The position numbers and the translations under genes were made by a program. A stretch of 64,000 nt of DNA from contig OZ210885.1 of the NCBI GenBank assembly GCA_964658305.1, forward strand, positions 744,001 to 808,000, read 5' to 3'. Of this stretch, positions 37,201-52,200 are shown in pieces; the first letter of the stretch is position 1, and the number at the start of each line of letters is the position of its first letter. Origin of the DNA: Leptogorgia sarmentosa. Taxonomy: Eukaryota. The notes below the pieces were generated by a model, which saw nothing but the letters and a program-made list of their open reading frames with translations, had not been told where the DNA came from and did not search any database.

Positions 37201-40200
37201 ATTCTTCAGAGCAAAGATATTACAATTATGGGCAAAAATAATTGTGCTCTCTCTATTTTTTCTCTCAGAAAATTTTTTTCATTGCTCCAAAACACTAAGT
37301 CTGGTCTTGTTAATGTTCCTGAATTTTTCAGATGTCGACGAATGTAATGGGGCAAATTTATGCGATCAACTGTGTAACAACACAATTGGGTCATACGAGT
37401 GCTATTGCACAATCGGGTTCAAAATCAACGAAACTGACATGGCAAGATGTGAAGGTATTTGACTATTTTTTTAGATGACATTTCAGATGAAACCAAAAAT
37501 TATCTGTACTAAATTAATAACTGAAATATACCGAACTAAAGCCTGTTTTGCACTAGCGAACTCTTTTGCTCGAAGAAACTTTTCTCTTTATTCGTATTAG
37601 CTCAATTAGTTCCAACCGGTTGCAGCTTTAAAACGAAACGAGTTTTTTAAAATAATTTTTTTAGCTCTACTCGAATGTCCAAGAGAAAATGTATGCTCCG
37701 GGGATAATGTGATTTGTTATATGGATATGTTGGACCCTGGGGTAGAAAAGTGTACTTGCCGTGCAGGATATGAACTTCGAGACGATCAGATATCTTGTGC
37801 AGGTTTGTATATCAGGCAGCTTTGGCAAACAACAACGCGACGTCCAAGAGGACGTAAAAATAGCGTGAAAATGGCGTGACCACATCCAGAGATTGGCTTT
37901 CACGCCATTTTTACGACATTTTCACGTCTTCTTTGACCTCGCATGTGTTTGCTGAAGCTGCCTATATTAATTGAATGAGATAGAGTAGGATATATTGAAC
38001 TATATTAAGGCAGAGGTTTGTGTTATCTCCCAAAGCCGAAGGCCGAGGTAATAGTCGAGCATTTACTATTTAGGGAAGAATGTTTCTGTCAATTACAACC
38101 TGTGCATTTCTGTGTAGTTTCTTCGGTTCGTTCAATATCTGAACCATTCATAGAATCTAATGGTGTTGTTCAAACAGAACTGAAAACAAATCACACCATA
38201 CCATAATTCTTTTTCCCAATGTGAACATTTAGTAAGGCAACACCATTATCGATCGTTACGTTGTTTCATCAATTCATCCCCCTCACAGAATTTGTGAAAA
38301 CGTAAGTCACTTCCCTTGTAATTCAGGGTAGAAATTTCAACATTGTCCCACTTGTTGCGCGTCGTATAGATTTTTGCGAAAAATGCAACAAGCTTGTTGC
38401 CTAATGACCTTATACTTGAATGTTAAAACATCTTTAATTCGCTGATTTTGTAGACATCAATGAATGTGCAACAACCGAAAGCAATCTATGTGATCAGATC
38501 TGCACCAACGTAGACGGAGGTTATACCTGCTCCTGTAGGGAAGGATTTGTTAGCAGCAGTGACACAGCTTGTCGAGGTTTTGTATTTTTCTCATTTGTTA
38601 AATTAATAAAATCTTAGAACGCGATCCATCGTTCCGGGTTTATTCGTTGAACATTGAAAAGTCTAGAAAACGCACTAGAATCAGAGCAAAATTCACATGT
38701 GTTCGAGTGATTTTTTGCTGCAATTTTCTGCTTTTGGTAGTTGTGAACGAGATAAATATTGACGAATGTGAGCATTGCTCTCATCTGAACATTCGCGACT
38801 GGTTTACTCGACGTTCACATCCGTCAGAAGGAGAAAAGCTCGTGTGACTTGAGAAGAGTAAACAGCTGACCAGTTAACATAAGGTTTTCTATCCCTGAAA
38901 GTGGGGTAGAAAAGCTAAAAGTTCTTTTCCCATTTTCAATTTTTGCGTACATACGTATTGCAGTATGTACGAAGCGTGCCTGCAGTTTTAATGCCGTCTT
39001 CCATTGCAGTCGCTTTGCTTTCGCGGGCGGAGCGAACAGGTTTCAAATTTCGCTATGATTTTTGAATCTGACCGTTTTCTGTCTGCTATTGCGGGCGCAA
39101 ACAAGCTTAGAAGTTGACCAACATTAAACTTTTGACGTGCCCACGTGATTAATTTTCCCCGAGATTGAAATCGTTCGCTCGGGCAAAGCGGCTGTAATGG
39201 AAAACGTCGGGCTTTACTATACTAAAAAGAGTCGCACTAATGAGGCACTTTGACGAACACTTTGTTCAGAATTTTAATTTCCAACTCAACTTCTCTTTCA
39301 ATCTGTTCTGTAGACATAGACGAGTGTTTTGAAGGAACCGTAAGTTGCTCTGGCGTTGAAGAATGTGAGAATCTCGCCGGAAGTTACAGATGTTTGTGTC
39401 CAGAGAGGCTCAACATGGTCAGAGTCAATGGAACGTGTGAATGTAAGTGTTGCATGTGAAAATTAATTAAGGATTTTCAAGTTGAATAATTTCATCGCAA
39501 CTGAGCTTTTGAAGAGTTAAACATCGTCACGTAAAGCGCAAATTTAACGTGGTAAATGGCTGTAAATAATTTTTTAATTTCAGTCAAAGTATTTTAATTG
39601 TTGCATGGGGTTATTCAGAGAACCAATCAAATGATAAAAATTTAGGCGTTATGTTAAATAACTCGTATTCCAACATTATCAAAATACGACCTGCTTATTT
39701 ACAGTATAGAAGTATCAAAGCAGCAACCGCCGGATTAAAGTCAGTGTACCCGCTACCTAAACAATACAATAAGATACAAAACGAAGACGTTTTGAGCTAA
39801 TTCACACAAATTCCGACAAGAGACCTCTACAAAAAATCGTTTATCTTACTGTATCTTTCGGTAGTGAGTAAAACTTTCGCTCCTTTTGATGTTGTTATCC
39901 GCTACCTACACTTCCCACATGTTGCAGTTCTGAATCAGTATAATGATTGTTTCAGTATAAATAAGTTTCAGTGAAAATATGAGTGTAAGCCATGAATATT
40001 ATGCTTATAATGATGCATAATATTTTTTCCCATATATGCATGTATAATAACACATAAATTTTCCAATATGTCCGTTCATGGTTACTATTCGGAAGATGGG
40101 TTACAGATTGCAAGAAATGATCTAGTCGCAGGAATTTTTACTATAAAAATACATAATTTATATGGCCAACCAACTTGATAAGTCATAGTTAACTTTCTTT

Positions 40201-43200
40201 AAAATTCTCTCCATCAGTTAAAGACGAAAATACTGTAGAGGATATGGCAGATCCTCCACCAAGTGCGACACAAGAACAGCAGGATAACTCTATTGAAATA
40301 ACTTTGAAGAATTTTCAAAGTGAAAGCGTGAGTTTTTGTCATGTTTCAGAATCTATAAAATTGTAGATACCTAATTTTCTTCGTTCGTCGTTTCCGAAAA
40401 AGACATTTCCTACCTCTATTGGAATTTGACAAAAATTCAAGTAAATACAAACTGACATTATAATACGACTTCATTTCAGCTCATTTACACTTTTTATCTT
40501 TTCAGATATAACCAGACCTTAATGCTTATCATATTTTTTTCATTGTAGTACACGGTGGATGCTGACATCAAGTTTAAAGATTCAGTAGTTGATATAATTA
40601 ACGCGTTTTGTAATGTAAACACATTGCGACCTCAAGATTGCGGCGTTTCCCAGTAAGTCAGAATAATCCCTGATGCTATCATGTTGCACCACAGAGAGCC
40701 CAAGCGTCGTGCTCATTCGTGTTGAATGTTTTTTCAGTTTATTTATAAAATCTTTTATAATTGTAATTCTTTTAATAATCCATTATATATTAGCTTTCAA
40801 GCACCACCCTTCAAACATGACAGTCTGTTGGCAGGTTAGTATCGTGGGAGACACGCGCGATGAAGCGGGACAATAATTTAAATACAGGGTAATTTGTGGG
40901 GCAATGCGTAACCAGCTCTTATTTCAAAAACAGAATAAATTATTGTCTCCTTTTTTTGGCTCCCGTCTCCCACGAAGTAACCTCCTAACAGGCCGTCACG
41001 TTTGAAAGCTGGTGCTCAGCAGCTACTTTATAACAGATTTTTAAAAGAATTACAACTATAATAGATTTTAAATGAATAAACTGAAAATCATTCAACACGA
41101 ATCAGCACGACGCTTGGGCCCCTGTGGGCGCGCGCACCAATCGACTTATTTCATATTATCTCTGATGTGACACGAATACTTTGTTAAGATAATTCATGTG
41201 AAATGATTGTAAATGCATTGGGGCGGGTTGTTTGTAGTCCGTTTAGCTTTAAACTGCGGATAACTGAAAATAATTTAAAATTACTCTCCAATACCTCTTG
41301 CGAATAACTAACTGAAGATAAATTTTACAATCTAAATATGCAGTTGTCTACATAACGGTGCTCTTATGAGAGTAAAAATTTTTTATTTTGATATTGTCCA
41401 ATGAATTTTTGGACTCGCCTAAAATTCTCGACTGGATACACTGTAGTAGCTAAAAAGACCACACGAACAACCGCCCGTTGCTACTTTTGATCGTGATGCG
41501 AAATAGTACATGATTGGAGGTAAAGAAAGTTTGAATGACATGGAAACAAACCGTCCATAAGGTTTTCGCTCTTATAAATCGATTGATGTGTTAGAAATGC
41601 AACATATCGGATATTGTTAAATGACGGGTCGAACGTATTACCAATATAATGTTCAGGTGAATCAGATGTTTTCTATTAAAATTATTGTATAAATTGTAGT
41701 TTGGTATAAATTATTCCTATCTAATTTCATACAAAAGTATAATTTGTGGCGTATTTCAAGAGTTGTTACAATTATTATCTCAACATATAGTTTTTACTCA
41801 TATTGTTTTTTATAGAAACAAAATCTCATTCAACCAATTGAACGTGAAACGCCTGCCAGGCTATCCACAAAACAGCGGCGCCAACACAACAATCAAGTTC
41901 TACGTTGATTATCCAGTAAGAACAGGATCACTTCCGAAAACAACACTGGCATCCATAGTGTTTGCAAAATTAGAGAGCTTTCAAAATGCCACTGGTTATT
42001 GTATTATTCTCAATACTCCTGTTACCCCAGACGCCCCGGCAGATCCAACTGATGATCAAAGAGATAACTCAGTCGTGTTACAAATAATTGGCTTCAGTAA
42101 AGCTCAGGTATTTCCTACAGCAAGAATTTCTAATAATATTGCACCTCACAATGACATCATCACATCAAAAGCTTAAATTTGTACCACGTGTCCATAATTA
42201 AGATTTTCTGGGGACCATCATGCCATAGAGACGTTCAATATAACCTTGAAAATATAAACGAAAATAGAATTCATTTTCCAGAGAAATAATCGTTAGGAAT
42301 AATGGGTCTAAAATAGGTCAACTGATTTAATTAGAGTATAATTTATCTTTTTTTTCCTTGCAGTGGACAATAAGTTATGACAGCATATTTCGCCGTTCAG
42401 TCGCTCTTAGTCTGACAAGATACTGCGACGTTATTGACAATGACGTGTACCCTCGTACCCAGGACTGTGAATTCTCAGGGTCAGTATGTTGATTTTTTTG
42501 TCTGGTTATGAAGATTTTGATGTTATCCCCGTCATCAAAATTTCAGTAGAGCTGAAAAATTATACCTGAACGTGTTTTGTTTTGCTATCTGATCGCCAAG
42601 GTTGCAAGATCACCTGAATAAATCCGCCAAAATTTTAACGATGCTCTTTGTTTTTCTTTTTATTTTGTTCTTTTGTTTTCATTGTCTCCTTGACGGTTTG
42701 AGTAATTTATTCCGGAATAATGGCAACCCTGTTGATCAATGTCAATAGACAATGAAGCAAAGCATTGAGGTATCAACAGGCTGATCTACTAAAGGGTGTA
42801 TCAGGGAAAAAGCTAGTCTTTGAAATTCAAATTAGCCGTGTTTAATTTAGTATAATATAATTCTGATCATGGCTTCACCAAAATGAAGTGTGTTGGTATT
42901 ATATCCAATATCAACTTAACATAAATTGTAGATGACTTGTGTCGTGACAGGAAAGGCTTCAGCTTCAAGAGCGACGTGATATTCCTTTTTGGATCGCATT
43001 CAACTTTGAGTTTCAATTCCGAATTCAGAAGTATCGCTATATTAGTAACCAAGCAATTAATGAAATAGCCCGCGGTTTAAATCGAAATAACATTTTTAAG
43101 CCAAGTTGAAGCTTTTTCATTTATTATAATAGCTCATATAAATATGTTATTGACTGAGTGTGAGGTCCGAACTGGAAGATACTGCACGGTCGAGTTCTTT

Positions 43201-46200
43201 TCTCCCTTGTATACGGACCCGAGCTGAAACTCAGTCAATAAGCTATTTATTATATGGCAAAAGATAAACAAAACTCGTTTACAACAATTCAACACTATGA
43301 ACAAAGCCGGTAAACGGCTAATTAACATAAGAACAGCTGTAAAATAAGTTCGCTAAAAATTGTTCTCTAAAATGTTATTGGTTACCAAAAAAAAAAGAAC
43401 AGAATGTTCAAAAATTTGTTAACTTATTTCGTCTTCGTTGTCGCTCGATTCAATAAAAAACCGACGTCGCTAAACCAGAGCGGTCGAACTTCAGGTTACC
43501 GACCGCTCAGGAACCAATCAGAATGCTGTATTTTAGGGCCGCTCAGAAACACTTCCCATATAATAAAAAAGCTTATACAAAACTTTTCAGGTCGGTGACA
43601 GGCTATAACCTCACTCATGTTGCACGACTTCCTGGATATCCCAAAGACGCTGCATCGAATATTGTTAACGTTTCGTTTTATGTCACAAACCCGAGTACAT
43701 CAACTCCAGTTCCACGAAAAGTACTTGCATCAATGTTGCTCATTCAGGAGTCAATTTTAGAGAACGCGCTTTCTCAGCAAGTAGTATTACAAACCTTTGC
43801 TGGACCAGATACTCCACCAGTAGCAAGCAGTGAGCAAATTAATAACAGTGTGGTAATTCGAATATCGTCATTTACACGAGAACAGGTATGTATGAATTGA
43901 AAAAATATATAATTTGTGCGCTTCAAATAATTATTATAGGCTCGTTTTATTAATATGTCTACAAAAATTCAACAGAACATATTAGACATATTAATTATAG
44001 TGGAAAATTGTGAGAAGGACGGAATGTTCTATTCAAAGTGAACAAAAGTCAATATTATGCCTAATTCCACGAAACTGCTGTCCTATCCAATCCCTGGTAG
44101 AGAAGAGTTAATATCATGTTACGCACAAAAATGTATTTTTCCGTATTCTTGATCCGTTCCCTATGTCCATCATGCAAGTCCCTGCTTGAATGCCTTTTTT
44201 TCGTTTTCGTTACAGTGGACATATCTGAATGATCGCCGTTTAAGAAGAGCAATATCAAATCGGATTACGAACTTCTGTAACCAAACTAGCCAACGTCGTC
44301 TCGATTGTCAAATCACAGGGTAAGTTTAATTTGTATTCCTAAATATGGCCAGTGCATGGCGTAAATCTTCAGCAATGCATCCCGGTTGAAGTGGTGTGGG
44401 GAGGGCCCCTTGATTATACCTCTTAGCTATAACTCTACAAAATATACGAAATACACATTTTTCGAGAACATACAGTAATATGATAGATTAGCTAGCTATT
44501 TAACATTTTATCCACTACGTCAATTATAGTAGTGGCATCTCCGTTTTTACATATTGCTTAAAAACGGGCAACCTCAATCGGCAACCAAATTGTTCCAGTT
44601 ACCGAATATTAATAATTTTGTCAACTCCGAGCTCAGGAATCAATCTCATTGTATCGTTTTGGTATAGACAGTAGAATTTTCGCTGCTTGTTGATATTGAA
44701 GCTGTATTAATTCTCAATGTTTTAATTCTCAATAATGAGTTATTCTCAATAAGTTTGCTAATTCTCCATAATTATAGTGACACCAGAAAAAGGGGGCACA
44801 ATTTTTTAGTAATAATTAAATTTTTACAACTTCTTCCGATTAACAATACGCTAAACCCATCACTAGGAAAATGGATTGATATGGTAGTCGCAGTCTAGCT
44901 TGAAATAAAATATCCGTTAATCAGGAAATCAATGTCTTTTTGCAGTGACGCTGTGTTGTTCACGGAAACTGACGTGCACCGAACATCATCAGCCACGCCT
45001 TCCAATGTCGCTGGTAACAGTATCGACTACAGTTTTTACGTCAACTATCCCATTCAAAATGTTCCAATTGTTGGCAATATATTAGCATCGATTGTGAAAT
45101 ATGAATTGTTAAGAATGCATTCGGAGTCTGCTCTTTTCTTCTCCCTGGAAACATCGTTCAGTCCTTATACACCCACGCCGCCAACATCAGCTCAGTCCAG
45201 CAATACTGTACAGATCAGGATTTTTAATCAATCGTCTACTGAGGTATATAATCTTTATAATGTTTGCCCTCGTTTAAACGTATACCATATTCTGTTGCAC
45301 ACGGGTATATTTTGTCCCATTTTTTTGCGAACATACTGTATAAACTCCGATAATGACAACTTCTGTTCAATTGACTTTTTCCAATTTCCTTGCAGTGGAC
45401 GGCTATTAAAGACAACAGATTCAGAAATTCAATAGCAAACCAAGTTGGTGCTTTTTGTTCAGATTATTCGGTCGCGTGCGTCCTTAACACAAGGAGGTAA
45501 AGTCGTACAAGATGACAGTTTTTACCAAACGACATTCCTATTTCTGATGCAATATTTCAAAAAATGTTATAACAACAATAGCACAATGCGTTTTAACTCC
45601 GAACGTGGCTACCATAAATTACCTTCTGGCGTACGGTTTTATGTACTTTCCAAACTTGAAAAATTGCATCGCGCTATAGTCATTCTAAAAAAGTTAGTAT
45701 AAAATTTATGGCGTCTAAAGTATCTCCTCCAATCTTATTGGTCGAGAAATTCCGACTTCCAGGCGATAGTCACAGGAAGTACAAATAATAACAACATTTT
45801 AGCCTAACGTTGACAGTGAATAACTTCCCTAATCCCAATAATATTATATTTTGCTAGGCAAGCTGTATAATTATGAAAACCTGGTCGAGCATAAGTGACA
45901 TGTTTATTAAATATTCTGTACTATTTTAGTGACCTGACATCGTTCTCACCATCAAATGTGATTCGGATTCGAAGTTCCCCTGTGCAAGATAGATATCATG
46001 TCATTTATACTTTGTTTGTGGTCTATCCATCTGACAGTGGACCAATTCAGCAAAATTTACTGGCAGCCATTTTAACTATTCGACTTGAAAATATTGAGAA
46101 CGAAAGCAACATGACACTTCAAATAATCACATCAAATCTGGCACCGTCTCCTCCTGATGCCGACTCAAGTAAAACTGACGAATCAGTAACCATGATAGCG

Positions 46201-49200
46201 CTTAATATTCAAGCCACGCAGGTAATTAACAAATATAACTTTGTTGAGGCAATGAGACTGAATTACTTTTATTTCACGAAATATCTTGGAATCAGAAGTA
46301 TAGCAACTGTATACTGATTGCGAATACACCTCGAGATAGTTCGTGGACGTTTCCACTGGTGATTTTATTCTGCATGCAATAAGTAGTATTCCCAACACCA
46401 ATATAAAGTCTTCAAGGCTTCGGCCAGATCAGCTAACACCTCATAGAAATCTGGAGTTCATAACCTAATTAAATTGTTTTTCTGTTTCAGTGGTCAGCCA
46501 TTCAAGATAACAAATTCCGTGGTTATGTTGCCCAGGCAATTGTCGAATATTGCACAGCAAATAATGCACAACGTGATGAATGTGACCTTCCCGCGTACGT
46601 TTTTGACTAATTTATCTCATTTTATGACTTCCTATACTATTAGTGAATCTTGGAAACTGCGAATTTATTTTAATTTATTCATTATAAAAAAATATTATAT
46701 CTTTAATATCTATAAAATTATTCTTTTCCTGGCCGTTTGTCGTTTGACGTTTGAACGTGTAGCTTAAACTCTCTAGTTATAATTCACATAGCGGAGACGT
46801 TTGAAAATTAGAATTTCTCGCCACAAAAGTATGTATGAATGTTTGCCGACCTCTTACTGCGTAAAAAAATGTCATTGAATCACTTGATGATTCTGTTTAT
46901 CACAATATTTCGTGTTGTTTTGAGCTAACTTTTGCGATAAGGTTCCATCCATCAGTTCACATTAGACAGTAATCTGAAACCTAAAATCTTTGTTTCAAAG
47001 ATCGTGATGCAACAATCGACGTCGTTTGATGCCCATCCATCAATTCATGTCGCTTGGGAAGCGATTTGAACACCCATTCTTTTAATAACGTTTTCAAATA
47101 CTCACGTTTTTCATCCTTCCACGTTACGCGACATTAGATGGCATCACTATTTTTGAAGCTGCTCAAAGATTAAAAGATTATTTATTCGGTTGCATGACAA
47201 ACAAGAAATTTCGGAAATATCACAATTTTTCAATTATCAGTTTGTGGTTTTCAAAAAACATATTCATTCCTCTCATTCGCACTAACAATCTCCCTCGCCA
47301 TATCTACCTTTACTCTGCATTCATATTTTATTCTCTTTAGAAATGACGCTACGTTTACACAAGATCACGTCCAACGTGTCCCAGGTTCACCCACAGAAAA
47401 TGGTGATGATTCTGAAATCGAATTTTATGTTAATTATCCTGGTGGTGGTACAATGTCTAAGGAAATTTTACTTTTGATCATGAATGAGAAAACCGACTCT
47501 ATTGCCAATAATACTGAAATGGCTCTTGTGTTGATAACTCCCGAATTTCCAACACCTCCTCCAGCAACACGCAGTCAAAATGAAAGCGCTGTCTCTGTTG
47601 TATTGAAGAATTTCCAAGTGGGCGAGGTTTGTTTGCCTGGGCCATTAATTTTACAATCGCAACTTTTGATGCAATTTAATTCTATTTAATTGTCCTTTTG
47701 ATGGAAGCAACCTCATGGCTAAGAACTCGATGTAACTTTTCGATGTTCCAGTTACGCGTTTTTACACGTTGCTACGTGTACGCATGTAAAATTCTAAACC
47801 CCTCATTAATAAAATATATTTAGAAACACATACTACATCATTTAAAGTATGAGATGCTTTACATTTAAATCAATTTCAAGTTTTTCGTGCATACACGTTA
47901 CACGTACGTAAAAAAACGCGTAATTGGAAAAGAGCCTTTAGGCTGAAAATTTCAAGTTCATTGATACAAAAACGTAAAATCATTGAATTACACGAGCAAA
48001 GGCTCCAAGGGCGAGCGAATGACTTAATAGTAATAATGTGAAAATGGTGAATAGAAACCATTAAACGGCAAAGTGAAATATTAAAATGTTTTTAAAAGAC
48101 TCGCGCGATATCTGCAGAGTGGCGTTAATTTATTCTAACATTGTACCTTTAGTGGCCTGCCAGAGATTTGCTGTTTCGACAAAATATGGCTAAAGAAATC
48201 CATGACTTTTGTAGCACTTCAGATTTCCATCGTACTCTTTGTAACATCACAAAGTGAGTATTTTGGATACGTCAGAAATACAACATTAGACATAGATCCT
48301 CAATTTCGAGCAATTGTAATGGTAAAAAATTATAAAAACTTTGTTATCGTTAATTTTGCTATCCTTTTGTCACTTCACCAATGGCATAATATTCCAGTGT
48401 TATTTGACTTCATTTCAATTCCGGTATTGCGTTCACCTGATTTGCATGCATTATAAAACTGTGTCCGCAAAATAGGCTATCTATTCAATGCTTGTACATT
48501 ATACTTTAACAGCAAATGTAAGACAAAGATGTTAAATTTAAAAATAATATGCAATTAATTACAAATCTTAGCAAACAAATTCTCGTGGGAGTTAACTTTC
48601 ATAACTTCCCTGAACATATCAATCAGTCCTTCCCTAATTTCTTGTTGGATCTGTATAATTGTCAGCGATATTCGTTTCTCTTTCAGTGACGACCTGAACA
48701 GCCTCACAAGTGCTGACATTCAAAGGCTGCCTGGTTCTCCATCACAAAATGGCACTAATTCAATCCTCAAATTTTACGCACAGTTGACAAGCGGTAGAAT
48801 TATTCCTAAAACCATCTTGGCCACCATCTTCGTAGAAAGACGGGAAAAAATATTTTCACTTGACAGCAGTCTGGAAGATTTCACAGAAAGTTTTACATCT
48901 GATGAAACAGTTCTTACTCCAGAACAACAACAAAATACAGTTCCTATTGCAATAATTAACTTTCTTCGTTCAAAGGTGAGGTAACAAGTCTGAGAGAAGT
49001 TACAATTATATTTGTCGGTCATAATTAAATTTGGCCGATGTTTAGCGAATGAATCTTGTTTTTCTACGTCGCGTATTTACGATGAACTCATGAAAGTGTT
49101 CACAAATCCTTTTGCATGGCGTACCTGCATAAGTTGTTTTCTTTATATCACTTCAAAATTTTAGTTTTAATGTTCATATCATGTGCTGCTATAACTATTT

Positions 49201-52200
49201 ATCGACAATACCAAAATTGTCAAAATTTTGTCAGTACCATATTAGGCTTGCAGCGGTTAGCTTTACGTTATTGTTGTCACAGCAAAAATGGACAACGTTT
49301 TGCAAATAATGATTGAGCAGGATTAAGCAATGTTTTGCTGCCTACAGTAATTGTTCACAGTTATTTTGTTATTGCCACGCCCGATTCAGTCCCAACAATA
49401 ATTTGTTGACAACCATGAGCAAAATGTGGGCAGTCAAACGCTGTTCAATCCTGTTTTACTGCAGACTGAAAATTTTGGTTTGTAGGATATATACATTAAA
49501 AATTGAAGGTATTTCCTCAATTACACTTACGTGAAGTATATTTTATTTAAATTATATGTTCCCTTGCTGTAGTTCACATCCTTGCGAAAGATGGATATCC
49601 AAGTGTCAGTTGCACGAAGAATGAATATCTTTTGTTTTACAACAGCTGCAGATACGTGCGGTATTACTAGGTAGGCATACAATCACTGTTCGTAGCCTAC
49701 TATTTTTAGAACATGAAATGCACAAAGCGAATAAGAGTTATGACCGTATGAAAATCTGATCATTGTTACGTATGTTTCCTTCTTGTTAATAATTCTCGAT
49801 ATCAGAATGAGTAAACTGCATTTGGCTAAGTTCTTCGTCCGGAATTTATGTGGTTGGTCTAGAGAACAAGTTAAAGTAACATGTGACAAAATTAAAAGTG
49901 GTTGAACCAACAATGTATTAAGGCATCATATTGGATTCCTTTTTATTTCCAGGCCAAGAAGAAGAAAACGGGCTGCGACGTAAGTTATTTCACTTCGTGA
50001 AACTAGTGGCCATCCCTGTTCTTTAATATGAAATAACTAATTATGCGGTGTTAAGACAAAAAAGATACATATCATTTTTCACTTGCAAAAACCACTAACT
50101 ACTCTAAGCGTCTACTTTGTTGAAAAAATAGAAACAAGGCAACAACGTAATGATAATTATACACTTTAACCCTCCCAATTACCTATTACGCATAAACCCC
50201 GCATATCAACATGAGCTATCATGCTTTAGAGAAAGGTCACGGTAGATAAATATCTGGAGAGCTGACAAAGGTTCCATCTGACCACATATGCAGTGACTGC
50301 AGTTACATAAGCTCTTCCCATTAAGAACTCTGTCTTACACTTTAAAATTACTATTACGCTCCGTCCATGCAATAAGTAGAATTAACAACTAAATGAACTA
50401 TCTCTCTAAATCCTCGTATATATTTTTGGCAGCGATCAATTCAGTGATAATGACGTCATAGTTACTGGCGTCATGGCAGCCGGAAATGATACAGTTATCA
50501 ATGTTGTTGTCAACGAACCAGGAGAGAATAACTCAGTTCCAGCTAATATTGTTGAAGAAGCAATGCGTGAATCCATTGAAACTGATAACACATCACTCAT
50601 TACTGGTTTACAACTTGCTCTTGTTAATACACCGGAAGTAATTACAACCAATCAACGTTCCAACGCAGTCAGTGTTCGCTTACCAAACACTCAGGCGAGT
50701 GAGGTGAGTTGACTCATTAATCATTCAACGAAACCTCTCAAACAGGAAATCGATTGGGAAAAAATCCCCAATGTGAAAGCGCGCAGCAATTTTTTCATGA
50801 AAATTGAACTTGTTATGGAATTAGTTTTAATTCTGTATTATTATTTGCATTGAAATTAAACCATGTTGTTCAAATGAATACATTTTAGTGGCAATTTGAG
50901 GATGAAATATCATTCAGAGAAAATATGTCGGAAGCCATTAAACAATTTTGTGGAATGAGTGCGTTACATCTGGATTTGTGTGGCCTTACTAGGTATGTAT
51001 CATTTAAGGAATGACAATGAGCTCTTCGGGCGAGTGTTTCCACACATTTATCATTTCCTCCCCAGCAAAGTAATTTTGGTTTCTTTTGCAACTATATCCT
51101 GCACGTATCGGAGTTTGTTGCTGCGGAAGGAAATGCAATCACACATGTTATTGTAAATCGTATCCGCGTCACTCCAACATTATGTTACAATGTTTTGTCC
51201 AGATCAAATGGAAATTTGTCAACAACAAACAAACTGGTGTCAAATTGAGGACTGATATTGTTCCTTAATTCTGATAGTGTTCGGTCCATCGCGTTTATGG
51301 TCAATTTGAGCTGTATGCATGTGGATCAACTGCTCTTGAGTTTCCCTTGCTTCTCGATATCAACCTGGAAAAATACGGCTTACAGCAATATCTCATTATT
51401 TCATTATAGTGCTCAAGTTAATGAAATCCAACCTTTGAATGTGAGGACATTGCCTGAATCTCCAAGTCAAAATGGAACAGACACCATACTGTCGTTCTTC
51501 GTGGATCTACCCAGTGGAACAACTATGCCTTTGGATCTTTTGACAACAATATTCATGTCATCACCAAACGTTCTTTCACAAGCAAACAGTGTTATTTCAG
51601 CAACAAGCGAAAACCCTGTGCTTACAGATGCTGAGACTAAAAACCTCGTTCCCTTGTCCATAATTATCCCAGCAAACAAGGTAAAATATCCCCAACAGTT
51701 TCTTCAATCAGTTTCTTTCAACTTTGAGATCAACATTGCGTGCTTTTAATGTAATTAACTTTAGTACATAGAATTCATAAGGAATCCTTCAAAAAATCTC
51801 AAACAGAAAAGGGTGAAAAGTTCAAACGCGTCTCATGTCGAAATGCGTTCAAATTCCACATGTCGAGGAAAAAATGACCTCATTTTCCTTGATTTCGGAG
51901 ATAACATTTCCCTATTTGTTCAAAGATTTGTTCCTTTTTTTTACATTCGAGCAAACATCCTACTCCTCCTCCACCTCCTCCTCCTTAGACCCGCTTTAAT
52001 GTAGTGCATGAATGACGAATCCATCAGGCTTTCTAAATGAGTGTTCATGCTGACTGAAAAAAACCTCAGAATTTAAAACTTATCAATTGGATGAACTTTA
52101 ATTTTATCGCCATATACACGTTTTGTTTTGGGTTTTTTCAGGATGTAAGACTGGATATCCAGGTTTCAATCGCCCACAGATTCAATGAACACTGTAAAAA

